DNA of 64,000 bases from Podarcis liolepis (Eukaryota): NCBI GenBank assembly GCA_965112155.1, contig OZ218100.1. The stretch is one strand, 5' to 3'. The notes under the pieces were generated by a model. It was not told the origin of the DNA and did no database searches. It was given only the letters and a program-made list of their open reading frames with translations. Of this stretch, positions 11,342 to 24,864 are shown in pieces (positions within the stretch are counted from its first letter, which is position 1; each line of letters starts with the position of its first letter). A program made the position numbers and the translations under genes.

Positions 11342-13269
11342 ATGATGATGATAATTTATATCCTACCTTTCCCTTCCCCCTAACAATATAACATTCTAAT
11401 GGTAACTTTGTAAAATCAATTTGAAAAATGCAACGAAACAGCAATGTCAAGATTATCAAAACAAAAATGGACAGTGTATCATATTATAAATTAAGACACT
11501 GGAGTTGGCATAATACCATGAAGCTAATTAAAGGGGCCATCTTAAGATTCAGTTATTTTTACAGATCAACTGTCGAATAATGAGGAACATTTCAGTTTGG
11601 ATTAAAATTCTCACACCTGGGACTTTTATTCCCAAGACTTCTGCTTACAGTTGTTCTCTGGAGTCTATCCATGTCAACCAGACATATCCTCAAGTCATTA
11701 ATAAGCTGCATTCTAAATAGCATATGATATGAAATGCCCTTTATTTTTTCCCTGTGGTGCTACTTGGTTTCATTGGTGTTGGCATGGCGATATTATCACT
11801 TAACCCATATACAGGTCCTATCCTTCTTAGAGGATTGGAACTCATTTGTCACATAGAAGTACCGGTAGTTTAAAGCAGACATTGGAATAAAAATCTATGC
11901 TCCAAGATTTGGTATCGTGAACTTCCTTCAGCTTTCGTGCGAGAGCAATAAATACAAATTCTGTATTTGGCAAAGAGTTTTGAATGCTTGGGTAGCTTGC
12001 TTTTTTTTGAAGAGCAGAATACCGCTGGCCTTTGCTAATTTTTGTAATTTGTTTGCCTGACACTTTCCAGACAGAGGAAAGTGCCACCAAAATCATTTGG
12101 AGTCGCTCCTGCCCTGAAACAGGTCAGTCCTTGATGGTTGTGCAATACTTTATTGTGGCCCAAAATGTAAGATAATTGCTACAGCACTTTAATCCTCCAT
12201 TGTCACTCATTGCTAGCAGATTCCTGCTATGAAAGCTTTATTGGGGCTCCGTATCTGTGGCTTCCAGAGCATCCCAGCAGCTGGGGAATGTGGAACTATT
12301 TGCTAGGCATTCAAAACATTTCATGAAAGTGAAGGCCTTCTTGCTGGAAGTCTCATGTGATATGCAAGCTGCTGTTAAGATTTACTGTTCCAGCATCTCC
12401 TTTGCTAAGTGCAGATAACTGTGAAAGGCTTTTAGCACTCATGTGCAACAATCAATAATGGCAACCTGAACAGGGACCGCAAGTCTGCACGCACCACCTG
12501 CAGTGTCTCTGGGAGAGCTGGCTATTCCCCACTTCACTCCTGATCTACCTGGGCTGAGTAGCAAAGGCTTAAGGGGGATTCAAAATGTATTCAGCTAAAC
12601 ACATTTAGAAGGCTCCTCATGATCAGGACCCCTGATAACTCAGTGAGGGATCCTGCATGGAGCACACAGGAATATTGGGGTGGGGCTTGGATGCTCAGCC
12701 CCCAAACTCTTCTTCAAGTTGCCATTTGGTTTCAGACATCTGCGTCTCCACATACAATGCAAGGGATCCTAAGATCGCTGCCTGCTTTTAAGTGCAAGCC
12801 TCTATTAACATTAGCAAAACAGCATGACTGTTTGGGAAGCCAGTGTATAAGAGTGTGTAATGTTTGCTAGCTATTGAAAGCGAAAGCTTATTCATTCCTT
12901 TGACTGGCAGTGACTGTGAAATAAAGTTGAAGTGAGCTTTGTTTATATATGACACGTTGTAGCCAAGTGCAAGTCAGACCCTTTGCTTCTGTTTTTCCTG
13001 TTCTACGCAGCCAAAAAGCCAACACACACCCCCGCCATTAATTTGCCATATTTTTTAAAAAATCATTTTTTCTCTGGGTGCAATTGTATTTGGGTAATGA
13101 GAAGTGAGAGAAACTCTGTTTTGGGAGATATGTCTTGTGAAAGAGTAATGCTAGAACTGAGATTATCCCAGACACTCTTGGGTGACTGGGACTGTGTGTT
13201 CTTGGTCCAGTTCAGCAGGAGCTTTCAGGATCAGGAAACGGAGATAGTGATTGTGGCACAGATGGGGTA

Positions 13270-13617
13270 AAGGTACAGGGACCCCTGACCATTAGGTCCA
13301 GTCGTGGCCGACTGTGGGGTTGCGGTGCTCATCTCACTTTATTGGCCGAGGGAGCCGGCGTACAGCTTCCGGGTCATGTGGCCAGCATGACTAAGCCGCT
13401 TCTGGCGAACCAGAGCAGTGCATGGAAACGCCGTTTACCTTCCCACCACAGCAGTACCTATTTATCTACTTGCACTGGCGTGCTTTCGAATTGCTAGGTT
13501 GGCAGGAGCAGGGAACGAGCAAAGGAAGCTCACCCCGTTGCGGGGATTCGAACCACCGACTTTCTAATCAGCAAGTCGTAGGCTCTGTGGTTTAACCCAC
13601 AGCGCCACCCATGTCCC
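13270..13617 (-). mobile_element. Sauria SINE, full length
   Basis: Same consensus as the other copies; 13-bp TSD cacagatggggta (13257-13269, 13620-13632). Confidence 0.93.
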
Positions 13618-15177
13618 TTCACAGATGGGGTAGTTTCATATTATTTACCATAGGTTGGGTGCAGACCCGGTTTCTTGAAATTAATGAATCCTAAATGTTT
13701 TATTTAGGGTATCCTAAACAATATGGAGCTTAGTATATGTTGCCTTCTGGGCCTAGGGAAGCTGAGCTTGGGGTCAGGGACCTGGCTTCCAGATAAGGAT
13801 TTGAAAGCCTTTTTCATGCAAGTTTGGGAGAATGGTGGAGTAGGCGGTCATAGCAGTCTAGATCATATGGGGGGAGATACCAGAATAAAAATAGGAGAAA
13901 AAATGGATTTGCCCACCAGAATTGGGTTAGAGGACATATCCAGAATATCTCCTTGAAGACTTTGGAGGGAAGGTTCAGAAAAGGGATCGGCAGGAGGCTG
14001 GGTAGAAGCAAGAGTGAAACATGGATTGTATCTGCATGTCTGTATATGCTTGTGCGTTTACTGATGCAATTTTCCAGCCTGAGCATTCAAATCAATGCAC
14101 ACAGAAATATTTTAAAATAACATAAAATTCCATTATAATAGCAGACTGTTAGAACCACTTAACAGCAAATTAAAACGACGGTTGTCAGCAAAAAAAAAAA
14201 AAAGTTCAGAAATTCCCAAAGAGTAAATCAACAGTTACCATTAAAGGTTTTAGAGAATAAAAGTGCACTGAGCTGCTGATGAAAGCTGTGCGAAAGGAAT
14301 TCTAGTTGCAAAAGGTTCCAGAGGGAGGGAACCACAGCCAAAAAAGCTGTTCATGAGTCAGGTGCTGCCCATTTAACTCTGAAATCATAAGAAAATGCTG
14401 AGGATAAGCAACCAACAGCATCTTTTTCTCTTGGCTGTTCGGTTTGAAGACAGCCAATGCTAGACAGGAGGTTGCCAACCTTTTTAAGCCTGTGTAGGGC
14501 ATTTGGATTGTTGTGTGAGCATCTCCTTTAGCCACTTATTTTTAACATATCTTTATATAGTACCATCAGTGCACATTGCTCTGTACACAATTCAGATAAG
14601 GAATTCTACCCCGAAGAGCGTACAGTCTAAAACAATGGAAATAGCTTAACTTCCCTGGATCAAGCGCCCTAACCCTGAATGACACACACACAGAGAGAGT
14701 GGATGCAAACAGTTTGCTTTTCCAAGAGATCTGCTTCCAGTAGAAAGAGAGAGTTATTCGGTACATCCCCCCCTTCCCAACAAAATAAGGGCTGCAACTG
14801 TCCCTCCTCAAAAGCTCTGCTGTGTCAAGGCAAGACTTCTGTGGTCTGCAAAAAAGTGACAGCAGATTGATTGGGGCAGGCAGACTGCTGTCCAGCTCAG
14901 TAAAAGTAGCTGGAGAAACAGAGTCCACATTTTCCTCCCATCGAAAAGTCTTGAACCCGCTCACCTTAATGGCATGGCAGAATTTTAGGACCTGATAGAT
15001 GACAGCCGAGGCAGCTAACGAAAAAAGGACAGAAAGGAGATTGAAAACCCAATAGTGAGCTACAAATGTACCTACAGTCACAGAGGCATATGAGAGAAGA
15101 TGTCATAAGGATGTTAGCCAATGGGGGCCATTTTTCAATTTCCACTGTTGCCAGGCTAACTTTAAAGTATATGCAGC

Positions 15178-15303
15178 GTTCCTTATCTGGTACTCCAGAT
15201 GTTTTGGATTCCCAGCTCCCATCAGCTCCAGCCAGCAGGGCCAGTGAGCAAGGATAGTGAAAGGTGCAGCTCAAAACATCTGGAGGGCACCAAATTGGGG
15301 AAG
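15178..15303. mobile_element. Palindromic MITE (related copies about 31630-31746, 48640-48760, 52065-52150, 53290-53356)
   Basis: ctccagatgttttg ... caaaacatctggag inverted arms around a ctcccatcagc..ccagc core that recurs in the window. Confidence 0.7.
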
Positions 15304-16365
15304 TTTTGGCTACTGCCTGCCTCTGCTTCCTGCCTCTCTACTCCAGATAAAAATAGCAATGCTTTGAAATAAGGTTGTGGTGATATATCCCAGAAGGAGC
15401 CCAGTGCAACTTTAAGGATGGGGGCCTTTCTCTGATTTGTAACCTCTGTATTTTTTTAAATGGTCATCAATGTGTATCTTGGGGAAAATGGAGTTGGAGG
15501 AAGCTCTGATTGACTGAGAGGAGACTTCCTAAGTTTGCATTTTGAAAACACATCTAGGGTGGTGGCTCAGTATAAAGGGTGGAACTCATTTGGGTCAGGA
15601 TGTTGATCTTTGGCAGCCAGTGTTTCCATTCATAATGTGCATTGTTGTTATGCCCCTGAAAAAGAGTTATCTCTTTCTAATGTACCTTTTTAATCCCCCC
15701 CAACATTTTAAAGTAAGTAACACAAGATGCTAGGAATTCATTAAAGGAATCACCATAAAAAAAACATTTCTTTAAAATAGAGAACAACTTTTATTAGTTG
15801 GCAACCTAGAAACTTCAGATAATTCAAATACACAGTAGCTGAAATTACAATCTCAATCTTTTTTTGTACTCTAGAACAAGTGAAGACATAAAACACCACT
15901 GAGCACTGGTGCTATAATTTCCATGCCTGCCAGTTTGCTATCTTGTTTTAGAACAGGTTTATGTTCTAAATGTTTAGTGAAAACATTAGCTCAGTACTAA
16001 TGTTTAGTCATTGTGTGGCAGTGAAGTCACACTCTTGATTATCTTGGCACCTGGATGTGCTATAAAATGCCACAGTGGCCTAACTCAGTCTTGCATAATT
16101 CTCAAAGTTCATGTTTATGTTCTGGTGGCTGAATACATCTAGTTATTCTCACTACTTTTAGATGGATGGAGCCCAAACAAGATTCCACACACACGTGTTA
16201 GAATTCAGCAGTCACTGTGGGGAAATTAGCTGTTTTCTGGAAATTACTTTGTAAGCCTTTGCCCTCCCGTAGGAGAGGCAACGTGTTGAGGGTGAGATGT
16301 TAAAAGGAAGGCCCAAACATTACCAAAACCACACCATGAAAAATATAGTTAACTATGACATCGCA

Positions 16366-16625
16366 ACAGGCCCAAGACATTTTTGCTGCCTGAGGTAAAT
16401 GTTAAGATGCCCCCCTCCCATTCAGTGTAGAACAGAGACTGGCAACTGAGTCTTACTTCAACACTAGTGAGGGAATGGTGGCTTCTGCTCCACCTGAGGG
16501 CAGTAGTGGACAGACCACATGGCTGGAAATCTGTTGACCAGCCTCTTACTTTTGCTCCCTGCCACCTCAGCATCTGCCGCCTGAGTCGGCCATCTCACTC
16601 TGCCTAACAGTAGGGTCAGCTCTGC
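16366..16625. mobile_element. Degenerate hAT-like non-autonomous element (related at about 55190-55270 and 62822-63026)
   Basis: Shared ccaagacattttgctgcctgagg 5' motif and tagggtcagctctg 3' end. Confidence 0.55.
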
Positions 16626-19600
16626 TTGATTGCCATGAACACAAGTGCAGTAGCACCCTACCTGTCAGCCGCCATCTAATTAAAGCCAATTACTGCAGCA
16701 TCTATCAGGTGCAGTAATGAATGTGTCGGTCACTGGCTGTGGTTGCTTCATGTAGGCAGAAATGCCCATAAACGTTGGCTACAAAGCTGAGTCTTCAGAG
16801 TGGATGCAAGCTAACAGGGCCTTGTGGGAGCAGTGCATAAAACGGTTCACGGCTAATGTGAAAATCTGGCCGTGTAGAGGTTTCTGCATTTCTTCAAAGA
16901 ATACCAGGAAAAATCCAAAACAATTACAGATGTGTACATTTTAGTGGGATTGGCACAGGGTCCTTTGGGACAGTGCCCATAACAAGTGGTGTGTTTATGC
17001 TTCCTTGCCACAGCGATAGTTTTTGTAACTTTAAAAAGTCACATAAAATGTAGATGAATACATATGTCCGCATATGTAGCCAGCCGTGTTAAGAACAACC
17101 CACCCTCCCAGCATGTGCGATGAGACTTCTCCATCTTCCTACCCAGGAAGAAATTTCTATCGGTGCAGCAGACTTGCCTTGAACACCCTTCCTTTTTTAA
17201 AGCTCTTTGAATTTGTTGCACTCTAGAAACAGGAATCAGCCTTATACCGATCATGAGATTGGTCTACCTTGCTCAGTGTTGTGGCTCTCCCTCCAGCATT
17301 TCATACAGGCGTCTTCCCTGATTCTACCTGGAGATGCAGAGAATTTAATAGGAACTGCACGCTCCACCACTCAGAATGTGCACAAGTCCTCTAACTTAAA
17401 AAAGAAGAGGCTACTTCCATCATGCCTGCAGAGAAGCTGCTTTCCCATTTATTATGGCCTATAATGCTTCTGATGATAACCAGGAGAATAAAACACTGTT
17501 TCTTAAATAGTTTTGGAAAGGCAACAACAAATAGCTCTCTGATCAACATTTGCAAAATAGGAACTAAAGTAAAGTTTGGTCATGTTGCGGTGTTTACTAA
17601 ATGTGCTTGGAGTCAAATGTTTACATTTTAAATGGGTTAATTTCAGTGGCAGCTGGTTCCTATAAAAGCTAATGGGGTAAAGAAAGAGACCCTGTTCTCT
17701 GCTCAGTAACTCCTTGCCTAGACAAAGGATGTGTGCAAATGAGTTCATAACTGCTCATTATGGAATCAGTGCAGTTCACTCAGGCAGGGTTTGTTTGTTG
17801 TTGGGTTTCTTTGCAGTGCCTATCAATATGCCGCCATCCCCATTTGGCTTGGATTTACCTTTTCCATTTAACATTTGGTAAGTTAAAAAGACCCCCATCC
17901 AGAACCACCAAGCCTGTTCTTTGCAAAGCTATGCACAATTGCCATGCCACCACACTAAACAAAATGGTTGGTTGTGGTTGCCAAAAACATCTTGAAAATC
18001 TTGTGTGCCCCAATATAACTATTGCTTGAACATGGCCAATGTAGCAGCCATGCCCACAATCACAAGGGGAGACTCCTCCTATAGCAACACATTGCTCTGC
18101 TGACACGGTGCTGAGTCTTCCAGTCAGTTTGATCAGTGCCAGCAGCCTTGAGGAAAGGGACACATTCCTTCAGTAGTTCTCTGTTTACCCTCTTGCAAGT
18201 GCTCTGTGATGCTGTCGGGCAGTTTCTTTCTCCTTCAGTTCTCCTTGTCCCCCCATTCACAGTTTTAATATGGCTTTTGCCATATTAAGAAATTGCCCTG
18301 TGAATTGGGTGTCTTGTTTTCTGGAAATGGAACACCACTGAAATAGCGTAAGAAGCAATTTTATTGCATGGTTGTATTGCTCCAAAATGGTTATGTACAT
18401 CATAAGAAAATGTCTTCCTGTTCTAGCAAGTGCAGCTTGTTTGACAAGTTGCAAATGGAAATCCATGATCTATCATTGTGATTCAGATACGCTCCTACCT
18501 CCTATGCAAATATATAACTACCACTTACTAATAGTAACAGCTGGTTAAGTTTCCGTTGTACTTTCTATAGTTTATCATTGCCAGAAGCCTTTTTTTGGTA
18601 AGGGGGGCAATGAATAAACTTATTATGCTGCTTCCTTCTTCCATGAAGCCATAATAGCACAATTTATACAATAGTTTCTATAGGGCACATTGGCAGAAGT
18701 GCTTGACCCTATGGAACTGGGAAGGCAAATCTCAGAGGAGGAAAGAAAGAAGTTATACTTTCCTGGAGATCCAGAAACTGAAAAGCTAAGTCTGCAATCC
18801 TTTTGGTATGCTTTGTGCTGCGGGATTTTCTTAAGTTACAGTGTGGTGTTATTGTACCCGTAGGCTACTCATATTAAATGTTTTTCCAATTTTAGCAGCA
18901 TTCTTTCCAGGCTCAACTACATTTGTTTTTATCTTCTCTATGGCAATTGATGACCTCAGTCTGAAAATGCCTAATTCCGTAGGATTTCTTGTTATGTATT
19001 TCTTCCACATCTGGAGCTGAATCAGGGCTGCTTAATCCAATGACATGTTGTAGCATTTTATGCTTTCTGTAATAAATCTCAGATTCAACGAGTCAGCAGC
19101 GTTTACAGATTGCAAGTAATAATTTTAAACAGTCTTTAATGATAATACAGAAAAGAGCTTGAATAACGATTCTCCTTCCCGTCCCATCAGAGCCTACCAG
19201 TAGGAAACCAAACAGGGAGAGATAAATGATAAGATAAACAATCTGATCCTTTAATAATTTCACATGGAAAATCAAACAGCAATTTGGCATGGAAATGGAA
19301 CAAGAAACAATAACCATGACTTTAGAAGGGATTACAAGAGAAGTCTGCAAATAATAAGTAAGATATATAAATGAAGAGGAGTCTCGTGCTGCTTCAACAC
19401 CAGCACCTTTTACTGCTGAAGCATTGCTTTTCCTCAGTTGGAAGCAGAATATCTATATATATCTATAGGAGAGAAAATTAGTAAAACTAATTTTAGTAAT
19501 TAATTAGCAAAGCTAACATCAAGGCTGTAATTTTAAACCTACTTTCTTGGGAGTGAGCCAGATTTAATTTAGTAGGATTTACCTCTGAGAGGACACACTT

Positions 19601-20734
19601 AGGGTTGCTTTATAAGAGGAACTGTGCAAGGAGCAATTAGCAGGCTATTCAACAGTAATCCTACTCCTGACCTTAACAGGAAGCAATAAAAGGACAGAAA
19701 TTGCAAGAAGGAAGCTTTAACTTAAAGATACAGGAGCCCTTTGCCTTGTTACGCTGTGTAGGTTTGTGCTCCCATTTTTAAAATGTCAAAAGAAGGTCTG
19801 GAAAATACATGAGGAAAACACACAAAACCCTGGCTTGCAATAGGCAATAATAAAATCATATTGAATAACCTGACGCCAATCCTGTTGGATTCTATGAGTT
19901 TTATTCCCAGCTAAGTGGTGTTATGATTGCCGCCCAAGCAACTTTTTTTTTTTTTACGTAAATGTATTCAGAACCGTATAAAATGTTGCCTCAGTGTGTA
20001 ACTGTATGTACAGGTGTCTATGAGAAAGCCCCAGTTTGGACTGTGGGACTTACTCTGGAGTGAATATCCATGGGTTTGGGCTTCTTTTGATTTTTTTCAG
20101 CCCAGGTGGTCCTTTTTTGCTATTCCAAAGGCCTGTGCACTCAACATCAACTGCGGATAATGATTTCAAAGCAGGTTTAAAAGATTCTAAAACGAAACAA
20201 CTTTTTAAAAAGCCAAATGAAAAAGTACAGTAGTTTAAACGACTCCAGTGCTTTCACGCTTTGTCCAGAATGTTGCAGCTAGTATTAGATTTGGCGATCT
20301 GTTGCCATACCATTACGTGTCAGATTTTGTAAGCATGTCACACGGTTTGCCCGTGTGCATGCTGAAATCTTATCATGTGTGTGCCAGTGCAAAAGGGGAA
20401 AAGTTTGGCATTCTTCTTAAGCTTTCATGTCAACACCCCAATATAGGAACCAAAGTGAATCCTTTCGTCAACATCTGAAAAGGACATTCATGGTTAAAAA
20501 CAACAACAGACCTGTCAGTGCTTGCTCTAAATATTTGACATAGCAGCCTTTCTGTGCAGTATGCTGGAACCTTGCATAGTACAGCTTCCCCTTTGCATAT
20601 ATATGATCCTGTTGTGTAATTGGAGAAATAGGCACAGAGACAAGTTGTACTTCACCAGATGATTGACATATTGTATATACGTTGATTTTTCAAGCAGAAA
20701 CGGCCCCCTTTTCTTACAAATTACTGGACAGAAA

Positions 20735-20913
20735 CAGTGGAACGGACACCCTCGGGAGGTTGTGGACTCTCCTTCCTTGGAGGTTTTGAAGCAGAGGTTG
20801 GGTGGCCATCTGCAATAGATGCTTCGATTGAGATTCCAGCATTGCAGCGGGTTGGACTAGATGACCCTCAGAATCCTTTCCGACTCTATGATTCTATAAT
20901 TCTATGATTCTAT
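20735..20913 (+). mobile_element. CR1 LINE 3' end
   Basis: gtggactctccttccttggaggtttt..ggttggactagatgaccc..(ATTCTATG)n octamer tail typical of CR1. Confidence 0.9.
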
Positions 20914-21089
20914 TGGAGGCAGACAGTGGTAGGTTGGCAGTTCAGGTTCAGTACTTTTGGGTCAGAATGGATTTACCATGTGCCTGTTATAGCCCTGAGC
21001 TTATTTTTACAATCTAAAAACTCCTGCTGTTTGAGATGGTATATGTGCACACATAAGGTCCTTTTAGCATCTCTCTCTCTCTCTGTATG

Positions 21090-21128
<39 letters not shown>
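21090..21128. repeat. (TAGA)n microsatellite
   Basis: Direct reading. Confidence 0.95.
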
Positions 21129-21139
21129 GCACAAGAAAG

Positions 21140-21403
21140 TGTTAAGTTGTGGGTGAACATATCAGACGACACAGCGATTCTTCAAACAGCTCTTGTTTAT
21201 TCACAGGCCAGAACAGAACAGAACTGAAGGGTTCAGCCAGCCTGCTTATATAGAGCTCCACTACAACGCAACAGTAACCATTTTCTGTAACTATCCAATC
21301 ACTGAACGTCACTTTCAATCCCTTTTTTGCATATGTGGACCTGAGTAAAAACTATCTACAGTATCCCCCTGCTGGCCCAGGGTGAGAACTTCAGTACATA
21401 ACA
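21140..21403 (-). mobile_element. Solo LTR (264 bp)
   Basis: TGTTA...TAACA termini; 5-bp TSD GAAAG (21135-21139, 21404-21408); on the - strand a TATATAAG (21245-21252) precedes AATAAA (21196-21201). Confidence 0.85.
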
Positions 21404-21644
21404 GAAAGGCCACTGGAAAAGGCAGTAAATTTCTGGCCTACTGACAGGGTTTGTTTGGTACCTGTTCTCTCTTACCTCCCTGCTGAAATTGGTCTTGAAA
21501 GAAAATTTTGTGTGTGTTGTGTCCCAAGCAGTTTTTCCAGTTTGCAAAAGTGCCCACAGGACCAATAAGGTTGTCAACCTTTAAGATGCAACATAAAAGG
21601 CTGCTCAGTGCATACCTCTGATCTAATGCCATCCTGTTATTATT

Positions 21645-21800
21645 TAGAAGACATCTGAAGGCAGCCCTGTTTAGGGAAGTTTTTAATGTTTGATGTTTTA
21701 TTGTGTTTTTAATATTCTGTTGGAAGCTGCCCAGAGTGGCTGGGGAGGCCCGGCCAGATGGGTGTGGTATAAGTAATAAATTATTATTAAATTATTATTA
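21645..21800 (+). mobile_element. L2-type LINE 3' end with (TTA)n tail
   Basis: aggcagccctgtttagggaagtttt..ggaagctgcccagagtggctgggga..cagatggg..taataaattattatta. Confidence 0.75.
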
Positions 21801-22880
21801 CTGAAGGGCTACAGCTTAAACTGAGGACAACAAAGTTTGACTTCCGTTGAAACTGAATCACGTTGTGGCATGAAGTAATAAATAGTTGTGGATGTGGGGT
21901 GTTGGATGACTTGAACAGCTCCTTAAGAAGTGGAACTACACATGTACATTTAGAGAAAATAATTGCCCTAACTCACAGCAGCCAGACATCAGTTTTAGAA
22001 ATCTGCAGGAAGGTCTGAATTTTGCATGTGGCCAGGAGGCAAGCCATTCATTCCTTCAGACACTAACAGTAGGGCTATTCAACTGATTTGCTAGATGGAC
22101 ATTCAATACCAGGCAGTGAGCTAGTGCTTTGTCATAACTTGAGCAAACAACATACTTTCCAGTTACAGAGAGGGAGGAAGAGAGGGAGAGGAAATTGAAA
22201 GTATTTGCTGTTCTGTTCAGCTTCGCTGAGGACCTGTTCCAACATACAGATTTGTATCCATGGGTGGCTTTTTGGATTGACTCCTATGGAAAGACTTGTG
22301 GAAAATGTTACAGAATGTAGCCTGTCCAAAAAGCGTTCCCCTGAGATGCATCTAACTAAACTTAAGAATCAGACTCAACGGGCTTATCCTTGAACTAATT
22401 AGAATTGGCCGGAAAGTGTTTCTTGACACCTATTTGCCCTCCTTGTGCTTTGGAACAGTATGGAATAGAATTAAAATATAATTAAAATTATATGCTAAGT
22501 GGCCTTTTATGGAAATTATGAATTTTGTTGATTGAGAAGGAGAGACAGGACATACACATATTAAGCAGATTTTGCTTTGCTTTTTCAGGGCCCAGGGAGG
22601 AAACAGGTGACAAAAAAAGTAGAGCCCAACGATGAACAAAACAAACTTTGCCTTCCTGTTTGCTCACTTGAAGGAGAGGGTTGGTCATATCATCTAGGCT
22701 CTGGTGATAACTATATGGAAAATAAAATTTTACAGAGCATTTTCTGAATGAAACATGGTGAAAGGTTCATCTCTAAGGAAAATATAGGAGGGCTGGGACA
22801 GACTGGCTATGCTTTATGTGTTCGTTTCCCCTCACCAAAAGAATCCTGCTGTGAGGGGAAAATTTTTTCCAAAATTACTA

Positions 22881-23114
22881 CAGTGGTACCTTGGGTTACA
22901 GACGCTTCAGGTTACAGACGCTTTAGGTTACAGACTCCGCTAACCCAGAAATAGTACCTCAGGTTAAGAACTTTGCTTCAGGATTAGAACAGAAATTGTG
23001 TGATGGCGGCAGCGGGAGGCACCATTAGCTAAAGTGGTGTCTCAGGTTAAGAACAGTTTCAGGTTAAGAATGGACCTCTAGAACGAATTAAGTTCTTAAC
23101 CCGAGATACCACTG
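22881..23114. mobile_element. Tc1/mariner-pogo-type MITE, family A copy 1
   Basis: TIR cagtggtacct.gggtta / taacccgag.taccactg with TA TSD. Confidence 0.9.
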
Positions 23115-23378
23115 TATTTTAAAATAAAGAGTGAGTGGGAGACCAGCTCTGTTTATATTACCTCTGATTAAGGTTATAGAACAGGAAAACACTGTCCTTG
23201 GGGATACTACCCAGCACCTGTTTCTGGGTGTAGATGATAAGATATTTGCAGAAGTCCTGATCTTGAGACTAAACAGCTAGCATGATGACCTATGAAGACC
23301 AAGTGGCAATTAATTTTTAAAGGCAATGTTAGACTTGGAAAGCTCTAGAAAAGCACTATAGGGTAGGATTATGAATAA

Positions 23379-23506
23379 TTGGTAGAGCATGAGACTCTTA
23401 ATCTCTGGGTCGTGGGTTTGAGCCCCACATAGGGCAAAAGATTCCTGCATTGCAGGCGGTAGGACTAGATGACTCTTGTGGTCCCTTCCAAATGTGTCAT
23501 TCTATG
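23379..23506 (+). mobile_element. tRNA-Lys(CTT)-derived SINE with CR1-type tail
   Basis: ggtagagcatgagactcttaatctctgggtcgtgggtttgagccccac matches tRNA-Lys-CTT, followed by attcctgcattgcag..gactagatgac..ggtcccttccaa..attctatg. Confidence 0.85.
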
Positions 23507-24264
23507 GATTTCAGGCAGGGGTCTTCCCCAGGCCTACCCGAGACCTCCCGCATAAAAACCATGCACTCTGCCTACGAAGCTACAGCCCTTCTAGTCATCT
23601 GACTCTTTTATCCCAAGGTAACTGCTGTTCTGCACCCTTCACTGCCACAGGCTAAACTTGCCATGTGAACTTAATGAACTCAGCACCAATTGACCTTTGG
23701 AAATTGCTTGGTCTGTGCTGAGTTCAGCACACTTTGCCTGCCCAACAAAACAAAACACCGGTCACACCAAGACATTAAGAGGTCCTAGAGTTCATTAGTT
23801 TTGAGGATATTGGGCATAGAGCAAGGTATATAGGTCTTCTTTTCAACCAGCCTACGACAAAGAGTGGAAGCCCTGTGCAAGTGTCTCTGTTACAGCCTAC
23901 TGTGTCACTCTGCAGCCTGGTAGCGTTCAGTGCAGGCGGTAGGATCCTATAATACTCCTTCCAATGTGATCCTGAATATGTTTCCCCAGAAATAAATCCT
24001 GTTTTGCCCAATGACGTTACTCCCAAGTTGGCATGTGTAGAACGGAATTTAAGGTTGCCACCCATTGGATACTTTCCTAGGAGTCACTTTTACTGAAATG
24101 CAAAACGCTGTGCTAGCAGCTTCATAAAATGTGAAACACTTAATTAAATAGCTCAGATATGATTCTGAATTATAACGACCGATGATGCTGATCCGGAATA
24201 AATAGTGTTTTCCTAGGAGCCAGAGAGAGATGTGCACACATATAGCACTGCCTACAACAAATTG

Positions 24265-24488
24265 TAGTTCGAAAGCACACCAAAAAAAGTAGATAAATAG
24301 GTACCGCTCCAGCAGGAAGGTAAATGGCGTTTCTGTGTGCTGCTCTGGTTTGCCAGAAGCGGCTTAGTCACTCTGGCCACATGACCCGGAAGCTGTACGC
24401 CGGCTCCCTCGGCCAATAAAGCAAGATGAGCGCTGCAACCCCAGAGTCGTCCATGAGTGGACTTAACTGTCAGGGGTCCTTTACCTTT
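24265..24488 (+). mobile_element. Sauria SINE, 5'-truncated
   Basis: Body and tttaccttt tail; TSD tacaacaaat. Confidence 0.9.
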
Positions 24489-24780
24489 ACAACAAATCTA
24501 ATTAGGACATTTAGAACATTTGCTTGCTATAATTAACTGGATAAATAATATTACACAATAATAACAATTTTCCAGTGCTAGATTTTCCACGCTAGATTTC
24601 CACGCTAGTAGTAGTCACATATTTTAATCTGGAAAGTGTCTGGATTGGGGCCAGGGTCCCCCACCGCTAACCTCCTGCTGTGGTCTCAAACCAAAGGGGA
24701 AAGGCCACCAGCCATCCTTTTGCTCCTCGTGAATTGCCTTCCAATAGTCCTTGGAGCTACAGGGGAAACCTCTTTGGCTT

Positions 24781-24864
24781 CTTGCCCTTGCACTCATGCA
24801 GTTGTCTGTTATGAGCATGCCACACATGCTCATGACAGACAACTGCATGGAGAGAAAGGGCAGG
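24781..24864. repeat. Short near-perfect hairpin (25-bp core stem, 5-nt loop)
   Basis: catgcagttgtctgttatgagcatg (24795-24819) pairs with catgctcatgacagacaactgcatg (24825-24849); outer tgccctt/aagggca extension. Confidence 0.92.

Noticed and set aside
14566-15081. 171-aa antisense ORF
   Set aside because: No recognisable domain, non-ATG start and intron-like composition.
23379-23435. tRNA-Lys(CTT) gene candidate (also 53778-53845)
   Set aside because: Mutated T-loop and acceptor stem, and fused to a CR1-type tail, so these are SINE heads rather than tRNA genes.
23675-23726. 12-bp inverted repeat tgaactcagcac/gtgctgagttca
   Set aside because: Short, with a poorly pairing interior; probably a decayed palindromic repeat.
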